Part shown: positions 39,459 through 48,647 of the stretch, one piece after another | Position numbering within the stretch: the first letter of the stretch is position 1 | Layout of the letters: every line of letters starts with the position of its first letter | Source: an uncultured Candidatus Rokubacteria bacterium | GTDB taxonomy: Bacteria > Methylomirabilota > Methylomirabilia > Rokubacteriales > DASRDR01 | DNA length: 64,000 bases | NCBI GenBank assembly: GCA_963826115.1 | Contig: CAWGVS010000005.1 | Location: forward strand, 352,001-416,000 | Reading direction: 5' to 3' | Notes under the pieces: generated by a model | The model's database searches: none | What the model was told of the DNA's origin: nothing | What the model saw: only the letters and a program-made list of their open reading frames with translations | Translations under genes and position numbers: made by a program

Positions 39459-40388
39459 ATGGCGCTGGCCCTGGTCAGCAGATTCGAGAAGCCGGAGGTC
39501 TGGCGACGCACGATGGCGACCGAGCTCCCGGGCGTCGACCTCCGCGTCTGGCCGGATCTCGGCGACGCGAAGCAGATTCGCATGGCCGCTTTCGACTACA
39601 ACGTCCCGCCCGGAACCTTCGCGCAGATGCCCAACCTCGGCTGCATCGTCTACCTCGGACACGGCGCCAACGATTTCGTCCAGAGGCCCGACCTGCCGAA
39701 GGGCATGCCGGTGATGCGGCTGAAGGATCCGGGCATCATCGCCTGCATGACCGAGTACGTCCTCCTCTACGTGCTGAGCCATCGGCGCTTCGCGGCGACG
39801 TACCGCCGGTATCAGGCCGAGCGGCGCTGGCAGGAGGACTTTCCGCCATTCCCGAGCGAGGCCCGGATCGGGATCCTCGGCCTCGGCTCGATCGGCCAGC
39901 GGTTCGCCGAGGTGTTCGTCGACCTCGGCTACAAGGTGAGCGGCTGGGCCCGCGGCCCGCACCGCCTTCCCGGGGTCGACTGCTATCACGGACGCGACCA
40001 GCTGGCCGCCTGTCTCGCGCCCTGCGACTACGTCGTCTGCATCCTGCCCGAGACGAGCGAGACGCGCGACATCATCGACGCCGGGACCTTGGCGCTGATG
40101 AAGCGAGGCGCCTACTTCATCAACGTCGGGAGGGGACGCCTGGTCGTCGAAGAAGACTTGCTGGCCGCGCTCGATTCCGATCAGCTCTCGGGCGCGGTGC
40201 TGGACGTCTTCCGGACGGAGCCGCTCCCGGTCGACAGTCGTCTGTGGACGCATCCGCGGGTCACCGTGACACCACACGCCGCCGGCGTCGGCCAGCAGGG
40301 CTCGCTCGCCCACATCGCCGAGAACTACCGGCGACTCCTGGCCGGCCAGCCGCTCATCAACATCGTGGACCCTGCAAGGGGATACTAG
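39459..40388 (+). CDS. Glyoxylate/hydroxypyruvate reductase A-like 2-hydroxyacid dehydrogenase
   Basis: GILGLGSIG, INVGRG, LDVFRTEPLP, VTPH. Confidence 0.88.
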   Translation: MALALVSRFEKPEVWRRTMATELPGVDLRVWPDLGDAKQIRMAAFDYNVPPGTFAQMPNLGCIVYLGHGANDFVQRPDLPKGMPVMRLKDPGIIACMTEYVLLYVLSHRRFAATYRRYQAERRWQEDFPPFPSEARIGILGLGSIGQRFAEVFVDLGYKVSGWARGPHRLPGVDCYHGRDQLAACLAPCDYVVCILPETSETRDIIDAGTLALMKRGAYFINVGRGRLVVEEDLLAALDSDQLSGAVLDVFRTEPLPVDSRLWTHPRVTVTPHAAGVGQQGSLAHIAENYRRLLAGQPLINIVDPARGY

Positions 40389-40406
40389 CCCGACGGCGAG
40401 AGCGCG

Positions 40407-41372
40407 CTACAGCCAGCCGGTCTTGCGGAAGCGGTAGAAGAGGTAGACGTCGATCACCACCATGGTGGTCAGGGCCACGGGGTACCCCCAGATCCAGCGC
40501 AGCTCGGGCATGTGCTCGAAGTTCATGCCGTAGAGGCCGGCGATCATCGTCGGCACCGCCACGAGCGCCGCGTAGGCGGCGAGCCGCTTCGTCGTCTCGT
40601 TCTCCTGCATCGTGCTGAGCGAGAGGTTCACGGACATCGCCGTCGTCACCATGTCGCGGATCGAGTCGATCGACTGGTTGAGGCGCGACAGGTGGTCCCC
40701 GACGTCCCGGAAGTACTCGCCCATGCCCGCGCACACCTGCGGGACACGCCCGCCGTAGAGCTTGCCGACCGCCTCGAGTAGCGGTCCGACGGCGTGCTTG
40801 AGGATGACGAGCTTCTGCTTGATGCCGTAGAGCGCCTCGACCTGGGCTCGGACGGCGAGCCCGGCGAAGATCCGCTCCTCGATCTGCTCCAGTTCGACCT
40901 CGAGGGTATCGATCAGCGGGAAGTACCGGTCGACGATCGCGTCGACCAGGGCGTACAGGACGTACCCCGAGCCGTGGCGGAGAAGCTCGGGCTCCCTCTC
41001 GCAGCGCTCCCGGACGTCGGCGAACCCCCGCTCGCTGCGGTGGCGCACTGAAAGGACGTAGTTCCGACCCACGAAGGCGTCGACCTCGCCCACCCGGAGG
41101 TCGTCGCCGTCGGGCTCGATGGTCTGGATGACGGCGAAGAGCGAGTTCCCGTACTCCTCGACCTTCGGCCGCTGGTGGCCGTGGCGGGCGTCCTCGACGG
41201 CGAGGGGATGGAGGTCGAACTCCTCCTGCATCTCCGCCAGCTCGGCGTCGGTCGCGTCGCGGAGCGCGACCCAGACGAAGCAGTCCGGCCGGCAGACGTA
41301 GGCGTGGATCTCCCGCGGCGTGATCTCCGCGAGCCGCTTGCCGTCCTGGTAGACGACGCAGTTGACGAGCAT
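40407..41372 (-). CDS. corA: Magnesium/cobalt transporter CorA
   Basis: LHPLAVED, QRPKVEEY, YGMNF..MPEL, two C-terminal TMs. Confidence 0.94.
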   Translation of the reverse strand: MLVNCVVYQDGKRLAEITPREIHAYVCRPDCFVWVALRDATDAELAEMQEEFDLHPLAVEDARHGHQRPKVEEYGNSLFAVIQTIEPDGDDLRVGEVDAFVGRNYVLSVRHRSERGFADVRERCEREPELLRHGSGYVLYALVDAIVDRYFPLIDTLEVELEQIEERIFAGLAVRAQVEALYGIKQKLVILKHAVGPLLEAVGKLYGGRVPQVCAGMGEYFRDVGDHLSRLNQSIDSIRDMVTTAMSVNLSLSTMQENETTKRLAAYAALVAVPTMIAGLYGMNFEHMPELRWIWGYPVALTTMVVIDVYLFYRFRKTGWL

Positions 41373-41458
41373 GGCCGGCTACCGCGCATCTTAGCAGCGC
41401 CCCGGTTGGCGGAGCGCGACGTTTCGCTCCGGCGCGCGGCGCGCTCGGGGCGCCCCCG

Positions 41459-42250
41459 TCAGGCGGCCGTCCAGCCTCCGTCGACCACGAGCGTCTGGCC
41501 GGTGACGTACGCGGCGTCCTCGCTCGCGAGGTACACCGCCGCCGCCGCGACCTCCGCGAGGGTGCCCCGGCGGCCGGCTGGCGTGACCCGGCGGATCGCC
41601 TCCTCGCTCCCGCCGACGCCGCCCGTCATGGCCGGCGCGTCGGCGCCGAGGATGCGCGCGGAGTTCGCCCGGAGACCCGTCTGGATCGCCCCGGGGCAGA
41701 TCGCGTTGACCGTGACTCCGCGGTCCGCGTAGGTGATCGCGAGCTGGCGGGTGAGCCCCACCACGCCGTGCTTGGCGGCGGTGTAGGCCGGGCCGCCCCC
41801 GGAGCCCACGAGGCCGGCGACGGACGCGACGTTGACGATCCGGCCGCGGCCGGCGGGCAGGAGGTCGGCCAGCGCGCGCTTGCACCCCCAGAAGGTGCCG
41901 GTGAGGTCGATCGCGAGGACCCGCTCCCAGAGCGCGGGCGCCATCTGGTCGGCCGGAGTGTAGCCGTCCAGGACCCCCGCCGCGTTGACCATGATCCCGA
42001 GCGGGCCCAGGCGGCGCACGGCCTCGGTGACCGCGCGGTCGACGTCGGGCCAGCGGCTCACGTCCCCCTCGAGGAACAGGGCCTGGCCGCCCCCGGCCCG
42101 GATGGCATCCACGGCGGCGTGGGCCCCCTCGGCGAGGAGGTCCATCAGCGCGACCGGCAGGCCACGGGCCGCGAAGGCCTCCGCGATCGCCCGCCCGATG
42201 CCCGATCCGCCGCCGGTGACGACCGCCGTACCCTGGACGACGGCGCTCAT
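41459..42250 (-). CDS. SDR family oxidoreductase
   Basis: TGGGSGIG, YTAAKHG, VNAICPG, VVDGG. Confidence 0.9.
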   Translation of the reverse strand: MSAVVQGTAVVTGGGSGIGRAIAEAFAARGLPVALMDLLAEGAHAAVDAIRAGGGQALFLEGDVSRWPDVDRAVTEAVRRLGPLGIMVNAAGVLDGYTPADQMAPALWERVLAIDLTGTFWGCKRALADLLPAGRGRIVNVASVAGLVGSGGGPAYTAAKHGVVGLTRQLAITYADRGVTVNAICPGAIQTGLRANSARILGADAPAMTGGVGGSEEAIRRVTPAGRRGTLAEVAAAAVYLASEDAAYVTGQTLVVDGGWTAA

Positions 42251-43191
42251 GACGCGGTGAGGGTCCGAGCCGGCGCGAGGGATTCCAGCGCGTCGAGCGT
42301 CCGCTCGACCGGCCAGCCGTGGAGAAGCACGTTGGCCTCGAGGAAGAGCTCCGTGAGCCCGAGCTCCGCGTAGCGCCGGATGTCGTCGCGGATCTCGTCG
42401 AGGGAGCCGCAGAGCGGGCGCCGGTCGGGTCCCTGCGGCGTGTCGAAGGGCCGGAACGTCCCGCGGCAGACCACCTGGAGCCGCGCGGGGTCGCGCCCGG
42501 CTCGCTCCGCCGCGACGCGGAGCTCCCGCACGAGCGGGGCGACGCGGTCGAACGGCACGTTGCCGCCGCTGAAGCCGTCCCCGTAGGTGACCGCGCGCCG
42601 CACCGCGGCGACCCCGTAGCCGCCGATGGTGATCGGCGGATGCGGCACCTGGACGGGCCGGGGCCGGACGGACGCGCGCGGCACCTGGTAGAACTCCCCA
42701 TGGAACTCGACGGGGTCCTCGGTCCACACGGCCTTCAGGCACCGGAGGAACTCGTCGGCGCGGCGCCCGCGCTGCGCGTAGGGCACGCCGACGGCGTCGT
42801 ACTCGTCCTTCGACCAGCCGACGCCGAGCCCGACGTCGAGCCGGCCTCCCGACACCCGGTCGAGGGTGGCGAGCTGCTTGGCCAGCATGACCGGCGTGTA
42901 GTAGGGCATCACGAGGACGCTCGTGCCGAGGCGGATCGTCGAGGTCACGCCCGCGACGAACGCGAGCGAGACCAGGGGATCGGCGACGGACTCGAACGAG
43001 TCGGGCCACGCGCGGCCGGGCATGGGCGGGTAGTCGTTCTGAGGCGCGACGGGGTAGAGCAGCCGCTGCAGCACCCAGAGCGAGTGATAACCGAGCCGCT
43101 CGGCCTCCTGCGCGACCCTGACCTGGTTGGCGGGCGTGGCCCACGCGCCGGCGACGGGCAGGGAGAAGCCGAGCTTCATCGGGAGCGTCAC
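42247..43191 (-). CDS. LLM class oxidoreductase (F420-dependent-like)
   Basis: GYHSLWV, IRLGTSVLV, LAKQLATLD..SGGRL..G.G.GW..DEY; start GTG 43191 or ATG 43179. Confidence 0.88.
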   Translation of the reverse strand: MTLPMKLGFSLPVAGAWATPANQVRVAQEAERLGYHSLWVLQRLLYPVAPQNDYPPMPGRAWPDSFESVADPLVSLAFVAGVTSTIRLGTSVLVMPYYTPVMLAKQLATLDRVSGGRLDVGLGVGWSKDEYDAVGVPYAQRGRRADEFLRCLKAVWTEDPVEFHGEFYQVPRASVRPRPVQVPHPPITIGGYGVAAVRRAVTYGDGFSGGNVPFDRVAPLVRELRVAAERAGRDPARLQVVCRGTFRPFDTPQGPDRRPLCGSLDEIRDDIRRYAELGLTELFLEANVLLHGWPVERTLDALESLAPARTLTAS

Positions 43192-43307
43192 GCGGCGCAT
43201 GATACGCGAACGGCGGCGCCGTCGGGAAGGTGGGCGAGGGTATGATGTCCCTCGTTCCCGGCGCGGGCACGGACCCGCCACCGAATCCACATCGCGAGGA
43301 GAAGCGC

Positions 43308-44154
43308 ATGGGCAGGCTCGAGGGCAAGGTTGCGATCGTCACCGGCGCGACGAGCGGCATGGGCAAGCGCACGGCGGAGCGGTTCGTCGAGGAAGGGGCC
43401 ACCGTGATCGTCGCCGGTCGCCGCGAGGCGGAGGGCGAGGCCGTCGTGCGGGCGCTCGGGCCGCGCGCGCTGTTCGTCCGCACCGACGTCGCGCGCGAGG
43501 ACGACGTCCGGCGCATGATCGGCACGGCCGTCGACCGGTACGGCCGGCTCGACTGTCTCTTCAACAACGCGGGCGGACCGGGGCCCCGGGGTGGCGTCGA
43601 GACGATCCCGCTGGACGCCGCCGAGCGGTCGATGGCGGTGAACTTCGGCGGCGTGCTGCTCGGGATGAAGCACGCGGCGCCGATCATGATGCGGCAGCGC
43701 TCGGGGAGCATCATCAACAACGCCAGCGTGGCCGCCAGCCGCGCCGGGTACTCGTCGTCGATGATCTACAGCGCCGCCAAGGCCGCCGTCGTCCAGCTCT
43801 CGCGCTGCGTGGCGATGGAGCTCGGCGAGCACGGCGTCCGGGTGAACTGCATCTCGCCCGGCGCCATCGTCACCGGGATCCTGCTGAAGGCCCTCGGGCT
43901 GCCGCCACGGCCAGGCCGACGACGTCTCGGTCGGGCTCACCGAGCGGTTCGCGGCGCAGCAGCCCATCCCGCGCGCGGGATCGGTCGACGACATCGCGCA
44001 CATGGCCGTGTTCCTGGCGAGCGACGAGTCGACGTTCGTCACGTCGCAGGACATCGTCGTGGACGGCGGCCAGATCAGCGGCCGGCTGTGGTCGCCCCAG
44101 CAGGAGGGGCTCCGCCAGCTGAAGCAGGCGTTCGGCCTGCCGGCGGAGGGCTGA
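43308..44154 (+). CDS. SDR family oxidoreductase with one +1 frameshift near 43905
   Basis: TGATSGMG, NNAG, YSAAK, VNCISPG in one frame; AVFLASDESTFVTSQDIVVDGG continues in the next frame; span 847 nt = 3n+1. Confidence 0.82.
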
Positions 44155-44155
44155 G

Positions 44156-44941
44156 ATGGCCACCGCCGCCTCCGCGCTCCTGCAAGGCCCCGACCCCAGC
44201 TACCGCTTCCTTCCCGGCGGCGAGCCCTACTCGTCGGGCGCCGTCGCCACGCAGGGCTGGGAGGTCGTCCACGTCACGCTCCAGCGTCCGGTGCCGTGGC
44301 GCGAGGGTTTCGCCGCGATCGAGCGCCATCTCCGCGGTCTCGGCCGGCCCCGCACGGCCCTCTGCGCGATCGAGCTGCGCATCCCGACGCCGCTCACCTT
44401 CGCCGGCTTCGGCGGGTTCAACCGCGAGTATCGCGCCCTCCTGGGCGAGTGGGGGCTCATCGTGGACGGCCGGAACCCGATCGCGCGGACCAACGTGGCG
44501 CCGGTCGTCGGCCCGCCGGCCGAGGCCTCCCTCTACGCCTTCTCCCACACCGTGCCCGACCAGGCGGGCGGACGGCCCACGTTCGTCGCCGCGGGATCGG
44601 GCGAGCTCCGGCCCGGCCAGGCCTCGCGCGCGGGGATCGTCCGGCCCGACGAGACCTCGCCGGACGCGATGCGGGAGAAGGCGGTCTACGTCATGGACGT
44701 GATGCAGGCGCGGCTCGCGGGGCTCGGCGGGACGTGGGCCGACGTGAGCGCGGTCGGCGTCTACACGGCGCACTCGCTCGAGGGCTTCCTCGCCACCGAG
44801 GTGCTGAGCGTCATGGGACCGGCGGCGATCCACGGCGTCCACTGGTACCTCTCCCACCCGCCGATCGCGGGCCTCGCCTTCGAGATGGACCTCCGCGGCG
44901 TCCGGCGGGAGCTCCGGCTTCCGGTCCCGGGTTCCGCATGA
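44156..44941 (+). CDS. CnbZ-like (2-amino-5-chloromuconate deaminase-like) protein
   Basis: YRFLPG..PYSSGAVA, ALCAIELR, NPIARTNVAP, FEMDLRGV; family recalled, not searched. Confidence 0.55.
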   Translation: MATAASALLQGPDPSYRFLPGGEPYSSGAVATQGWEVVHVTLQRPVPWREGFAAIERHLRGLGRPRTALCAIELRIPTPLTFAGFGGFNREYRALLGEWGLIVDGRNPIARTNVAPVVGPPAEASLYAFSHTVPDQAGGRPTFVAAGSGELRPGQASRAGIVRPDETSPDAMREKAVYVMDVMQARLAGLGGTWADVSAVGVYTAHSLEGFLATEVLSVMGPAAIHGVHWYLSHPPIAGLAFEMDLRGVRRELRLPVPGSA

Positions 44942-45633
44942 AGAGGCGCGGGCCCGCGAGCCACTCGCGCCCGCGGGCCCGTCACCGCCCCGTGGGGACG
45001 CGGCGCCACGGCCACGTGCCCGGCGGCTTCGGCGCCCACGGGAACCCGAAGGACTTCGCGCTCATGCTCGGTCGGCTCGAGGATCCGGCCCGCGCGCGGT
45101 GGCAGCGGCCGACGCGGCTCGTGCGGGCCCTCCGGCTCCGCTCGGGACAGACGGTCGCGGAGATCGGGGCCGGGTCCGGCTACATCGCGCGGCGCCTGGC
45201 GCGAGCGGTGGGACCCCGCGGGCGCGTCTACGCGGTGGACGTCGAGCCGCGCATGCTGCCGGTCCTGGCCGAGCGGCTCCGGCGCGCCCGCGTCCAGAAC
45301 GTGACGCCGGTCCTCGGGCGGGACGCGGACCCGCTCCTGCCGGCGCGCTCGTGCGATCTGGTCCTGATCGTGAACACCTATCACCACTTCCCGGGCGGCC
45401 CGCGATACCTGCGACGACTCCGCGGCCTGCTGCGTCCGGGAGGCCGGCTCGTGAACGTCGACTTCGCGCGCCGCGAGACGCCGGTCGGGCCGCCGCTCGA
45501 GCGCCGCATTGCCCGCGAGCGATTCCTCCGGGACGCCGGGCGCGCCGGCTTCCGACTCGTCCGCGAGGCGACGTTCCTGCCCTACCAGTACTGTCTCGTG
45601 CTGGCCCCAGTTGTCCGCGGCGCCCGCTCCTGA
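44938..45633 (+). CDS. Class I SAM-dependent methyltransferase
   Basis: LEDPARARWQRP, VAEIGAGSG, VYAVDV, NTYHH, LRPGG. Confidence 0.85.
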   Translation: MKRRGPASHSRPRARHRPVGTRRHGHVPGGFGAHGNPKDFALMLGRLEDPARARWQRPTRLVRALRLRSGQTVAEIGAGSGYIARRLARAVGPRGRVYAVDVEPRMLPVLAERLRRARVQNVTPVLGRDADPLLPARSCDLVLIVNTYHHFPGGPRYLRRLRGLLRPGGRLVNVDFARRETPVGPPLERRIARERFLRDAGRAGFRLVREATFLPYQYCLVLAPVVRGARS

Positions 45634-45673
45634 CTAGCATGGAGGGGCTCGAGCTCGATCCTCGGAGAGGTGG

Positions 45674-46462
45674 ATGACCGCACGCGGCGGCCAGGAACGT
45701 GACGACGCTTCCCCGGTCCTCCAGGTGCCGCCGCATCCCGAGCTCCCGGGCTACTACGATCAGAGCGACGCCCGCCAGCGGTTCCTGAACGACCTGTTCG
45801 ACCGCACGGCCGGCCAGTATGGGGCGATCGACAGGGCGATCAGCTTTGGCTCCGGCCCCAGGTACCGGCGTCGCGCGCTCCGCTACGCGGGGCTGCGCCC
45901 CGGCATGCGCGTCCTCGACGTCGCGTGCGGCACGGGCCTCACCACCAAGAGCGGGCTCGACCTCGTCGGTCCCCGCGGATACGTCGTCGGCCTGGACCCG
46001 AGCTCCGGGATGCTCCGCGAGGCGCGGAAGGGCCCGTGCCGCAACCTGGTCCAGGGTGTCGGGGAGAAATTGCCGTTTCCCGATGCCTCCTTCGACTTCC
46101 TGAGCATGGGGTACGCGCTCCGGCACGTGTCGGACCTCGGCGTGGCGTTCCGGGAGTACCGGCGGGTCCTGCGCCCGGACGGCATCGTCTTCCTGCTGGA
46201 GATCGCCCCTCCGCGCCCGGCTGCGCTCCTGAGCCTGTCGCGCTTCTACATCCGCACGGTGGTGGGGGCGGTCTTCGCCCGCGCGACCGGCAACCCGGAC
46301 ACGCGAATCCTGATGCGCTACTGGTGGGACACGATGGAGCACTGCGTCGCTTCGGAGACGATCCTGGCCGCGCTGCGCGACGCGGGCTTCGTCGAGTGCG
46401 CGCTGATCGAGCGCCTCGGCGGGCTCCTCCGCAACTACCGGGCGGTGAGGGCCCGATCGTGA
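45674..46462 (+). CDS. UbiE/MenG-like class I SAM methyltransferase
   Basis: LFDRTAGQY, VLDVACGTG, SMGYALRHV, RVLRPDG. Confidence 0.85.
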   Translation: MTARGGQERDDASPVLQVPPHPELPGYYDQSDARQRFLNDLFDRTAGQYGAIDRAISFGSGPRYRRRALRYAGLRPGMRVLDVACGTGLTTKSGLDLVGPRGYVVGLDPSSGMLREARKGPCRNLVQGVGEKLPFPDASFDFLSMGYALRHVSDLGVAFREYRRVLRPDGIVFLLEIAPPRPAALLSLSRFYIRTVVGAVFARATGNPDTRILMRYWWDTMEHCVASETILAALRDAGFVECALIERLGGLLRNYRAVRARS

Positions 46463-47595
46463 TCCCGAGCGACCGCACGCCCGAGCTGGTCGTCGGCGAG
46501 AGCGGCCGGCCCGGGTGGAACCAGCCCGACCGGCGCCGCCACGCCTTCCACCACATGCACGAGGTCTTCCGGTACAGCCTGGGCATCCGCGCGCCCGAGG
46601 TCCTGCGGCTCACCAAGGCCGTCGATCGCCGGATCGGCGACCTCCCGAGCGTCCGGAAGCTCACCGGGACCGCGTACTTCTCCGGCATGGTGGCGGTGCG
46701 GGGCGGCGACGTCGTCTACGAGCGGTACGCGGGGGACTTCGGCCCGCGGCAGCCCCACAGCGTCCAGTCGATCACGAAGACCACCATGAACCTCGTGTTC
46801 GGGCGGCTGGTCGAGCGGGGCCTCGTCGACCTCGGCCGTCCGGTGAGCCACTACCTGCCGGACATCGGCTCGGGGTACGCGACGGCGACCGTCCAGGACG
46901 TGCTCGACATGAACGTGATCAACGACTACTCGGAGGACTACAGCGACCCGTACGCGACCGTCTTCCTCCACGAGACCGCGATGGGCTGGCGGCTGCCGCG
47001 GGCGGGGGAGCCCGAGCTCACGACCCGGGAGTACGTCCGCGGGATCAAGAGCGCGGACGTGACGAACCGGACGGGCCTCGTGCAGTACAAGTCGGCCAAC
47101 ACCGACGTGATCGGCGAGGTCGCCGAGCGGGTCACGGGCCGGACCCTCCGCGAGATGCTGATCGACATCGTCGAGGCGGCGGGGCTCGAGGGCACCTTCC
47201 ACATCGGCACCGACCGCGCCGGGACCCCGATCGTCAACGGCGGGGCGTGCGTGACCGCCCGGGATCTCGCCCGTTACGGGCTTCTCTTCATCCGCGGCGG
47301 CCGGGGCATCCGCGGGCAGGAGGTCGGGAGCCGCGCGTTCATCGAGGCCACGCGGGCGCGGACGGGCGCGCCCTATGGTCCGCCCCGCGACTGGCAGCGG
47401 TACACGAACCACACCGTGACCGACGGGCAGTGCCTGGGTCACGGCGGGTACGGCGGCCAGTACATGCTGGCCAACCCCGACACCGGCGTGGTCGTCGTGT
47501 TCTTCAGCGTGCTGGAGGACGCCGACGCCTACGACGCCGGGTACTCGGCCGAGGTGATCCGCATGGCGGAGGAGATCACGCGGCTCCCGGCCTAG
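46459..47595 (+). CDS. Serine hydrolase, beta-lactamase family (NylB-like)
   Basis: SITK (SxxK), YKSANT, HGGYGGQ; GTGA overlap. Confidence 0.85.
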   Translation: MIPSDRTPELVVGESGRPGWNQPDRRRHAFHHMHEVFRYSLGIRAPEVLRLTKAVDRRIGDLPSVRKLTGTAYFSGMVAVRGGDVVYERYAGDFGPRQPHSVQSITKTTMNLVFGRLVERGLVDLGRPVSHYLPDIGSGYATATVQDVLDMNVINDYSEDYSDPYATVFLHETAMGWRLPRAGEPELTTREYVRGIKSADVTNRTGLVQYKSANTDVIGEVAERVTGRTLREMLIDIVEAAGLEGTFHIGTDRAGTPIVNGGACVTARDLARYGLLFIRGGRGIRGQEVGSRAFIEATRARTGAPYGPPRDWQRYTNHTVTDGQCLGHGGYGGQYMLANPDTGVVVVFFSVLEDADAYDAGYSAEVIRMAEEITRLPA

Positions 47596-47719
47596 ACGCG
47601 CCTGTCGCCCTGCGCGTCGAGAGCGAGACGTCACGATCGGCAACGCCGGCGCACTGATCGCCCCCACTCGAGCTTCGGGCGGGCCCGCTCGGCGTGCGCC
47701 CCGGCTCCGATCTGGCGCA

Positions 47720-48606
47720 TTGGGAGCCTCGTGGGTCGCCGCAGTCCTCGCCGCGCTCGCGCTGCAGGCGAGCGGCTGCATGAATCACTACCTGATCTAC
47801 CCGGATCGCGATCCCCCGGGCATCGTGACCTGGAGCGAGGACGTCACCCGCGGGCCGCTCCTGATGCATCTCGAATGGGCGGCGCCGCCTGGCTCCGGGC
47901 CCCTTCCCGCGGTGATCGTCCATCCGCCGGCTGGCGGCGTCGCCGGAGAGATGCGGGGCGTGATCCGCGACCTCGCGCAGCACGGCTACGTGGCGATCGC
48001 GGTCGACTATCAGCGGCTGCTGGACGGACAGTTCCGGCGCACCACCTTCTCGTGGCGCGAGCCGTCGGATCCGGTCGCCGCGCTCACGCGGGTGCGCGCC
48101 GAGCCGCGGGTCGATCGAGGAGCGGATCGCCGCGCTCGGGTTCTCCCAGGGCGGGATGTTCAGCCTGCTGATGGCCGCGTACGCGCCGGACGTCAAGGCG
48201 GTGGTGGCCTACTATCCGGTCACCGACCTCCGGATGTGGTTCGACGCCGAGCGCCCGTGGGCACGCCGCATGGTGTTTCGGCGTGATCGAGCGGCACTTC
48301 CGTCGCGAGTCGGGCGCCGCGAGCGACGCGGAGTTCGAGGAGATGCTGCGGCTCGGCTCGTCGATGACGTACGTGGACTCGCTCCGGGCGCCGGTCCTGC
48401 TGGTGCACGGCGCGGACGACACCTCCGCGCCGCTGGAAGAGTCGCGGCGCCTCGAGCGTGCGCTCCGGGATCGGGGACGCGACGTCGAGCTCCTCGTCGT
48501 GCCGGGCGCGGGGCACGTGTTCAACTTCAAGGAGCGGGACGTGGCCCAGCACGCGTGGGACGCGACCCTGGATTGGCTGCGCCAGCGCCTCGCCCCGGCG
48601 CCTTGA
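47720..48606 (+). CDS. Dienelactone hydrolase-like serine hydrolase lipoprotein with two +1 frameshifts (near 48120 and 48280)
   Basis: Lipoprotein-like signal ending ASGC; IAALGFSQGG in the second frame; HGADD and GAGHVF in the third; span 887 nt = 3n+2. Confidence 0.72.
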
Positions 48607-48647
48607 GGCGCGCCGGATGACGGTCAGCCGAGACCGGAGGCGGCCCG

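Noticed and set aside
41459-43720. 753-aa ORF suggesting an extended SDR
   Set aside because: The N-terminal part is off-frame to the LLM gene and antisense to the next SDR; the real SDR starts at 42250
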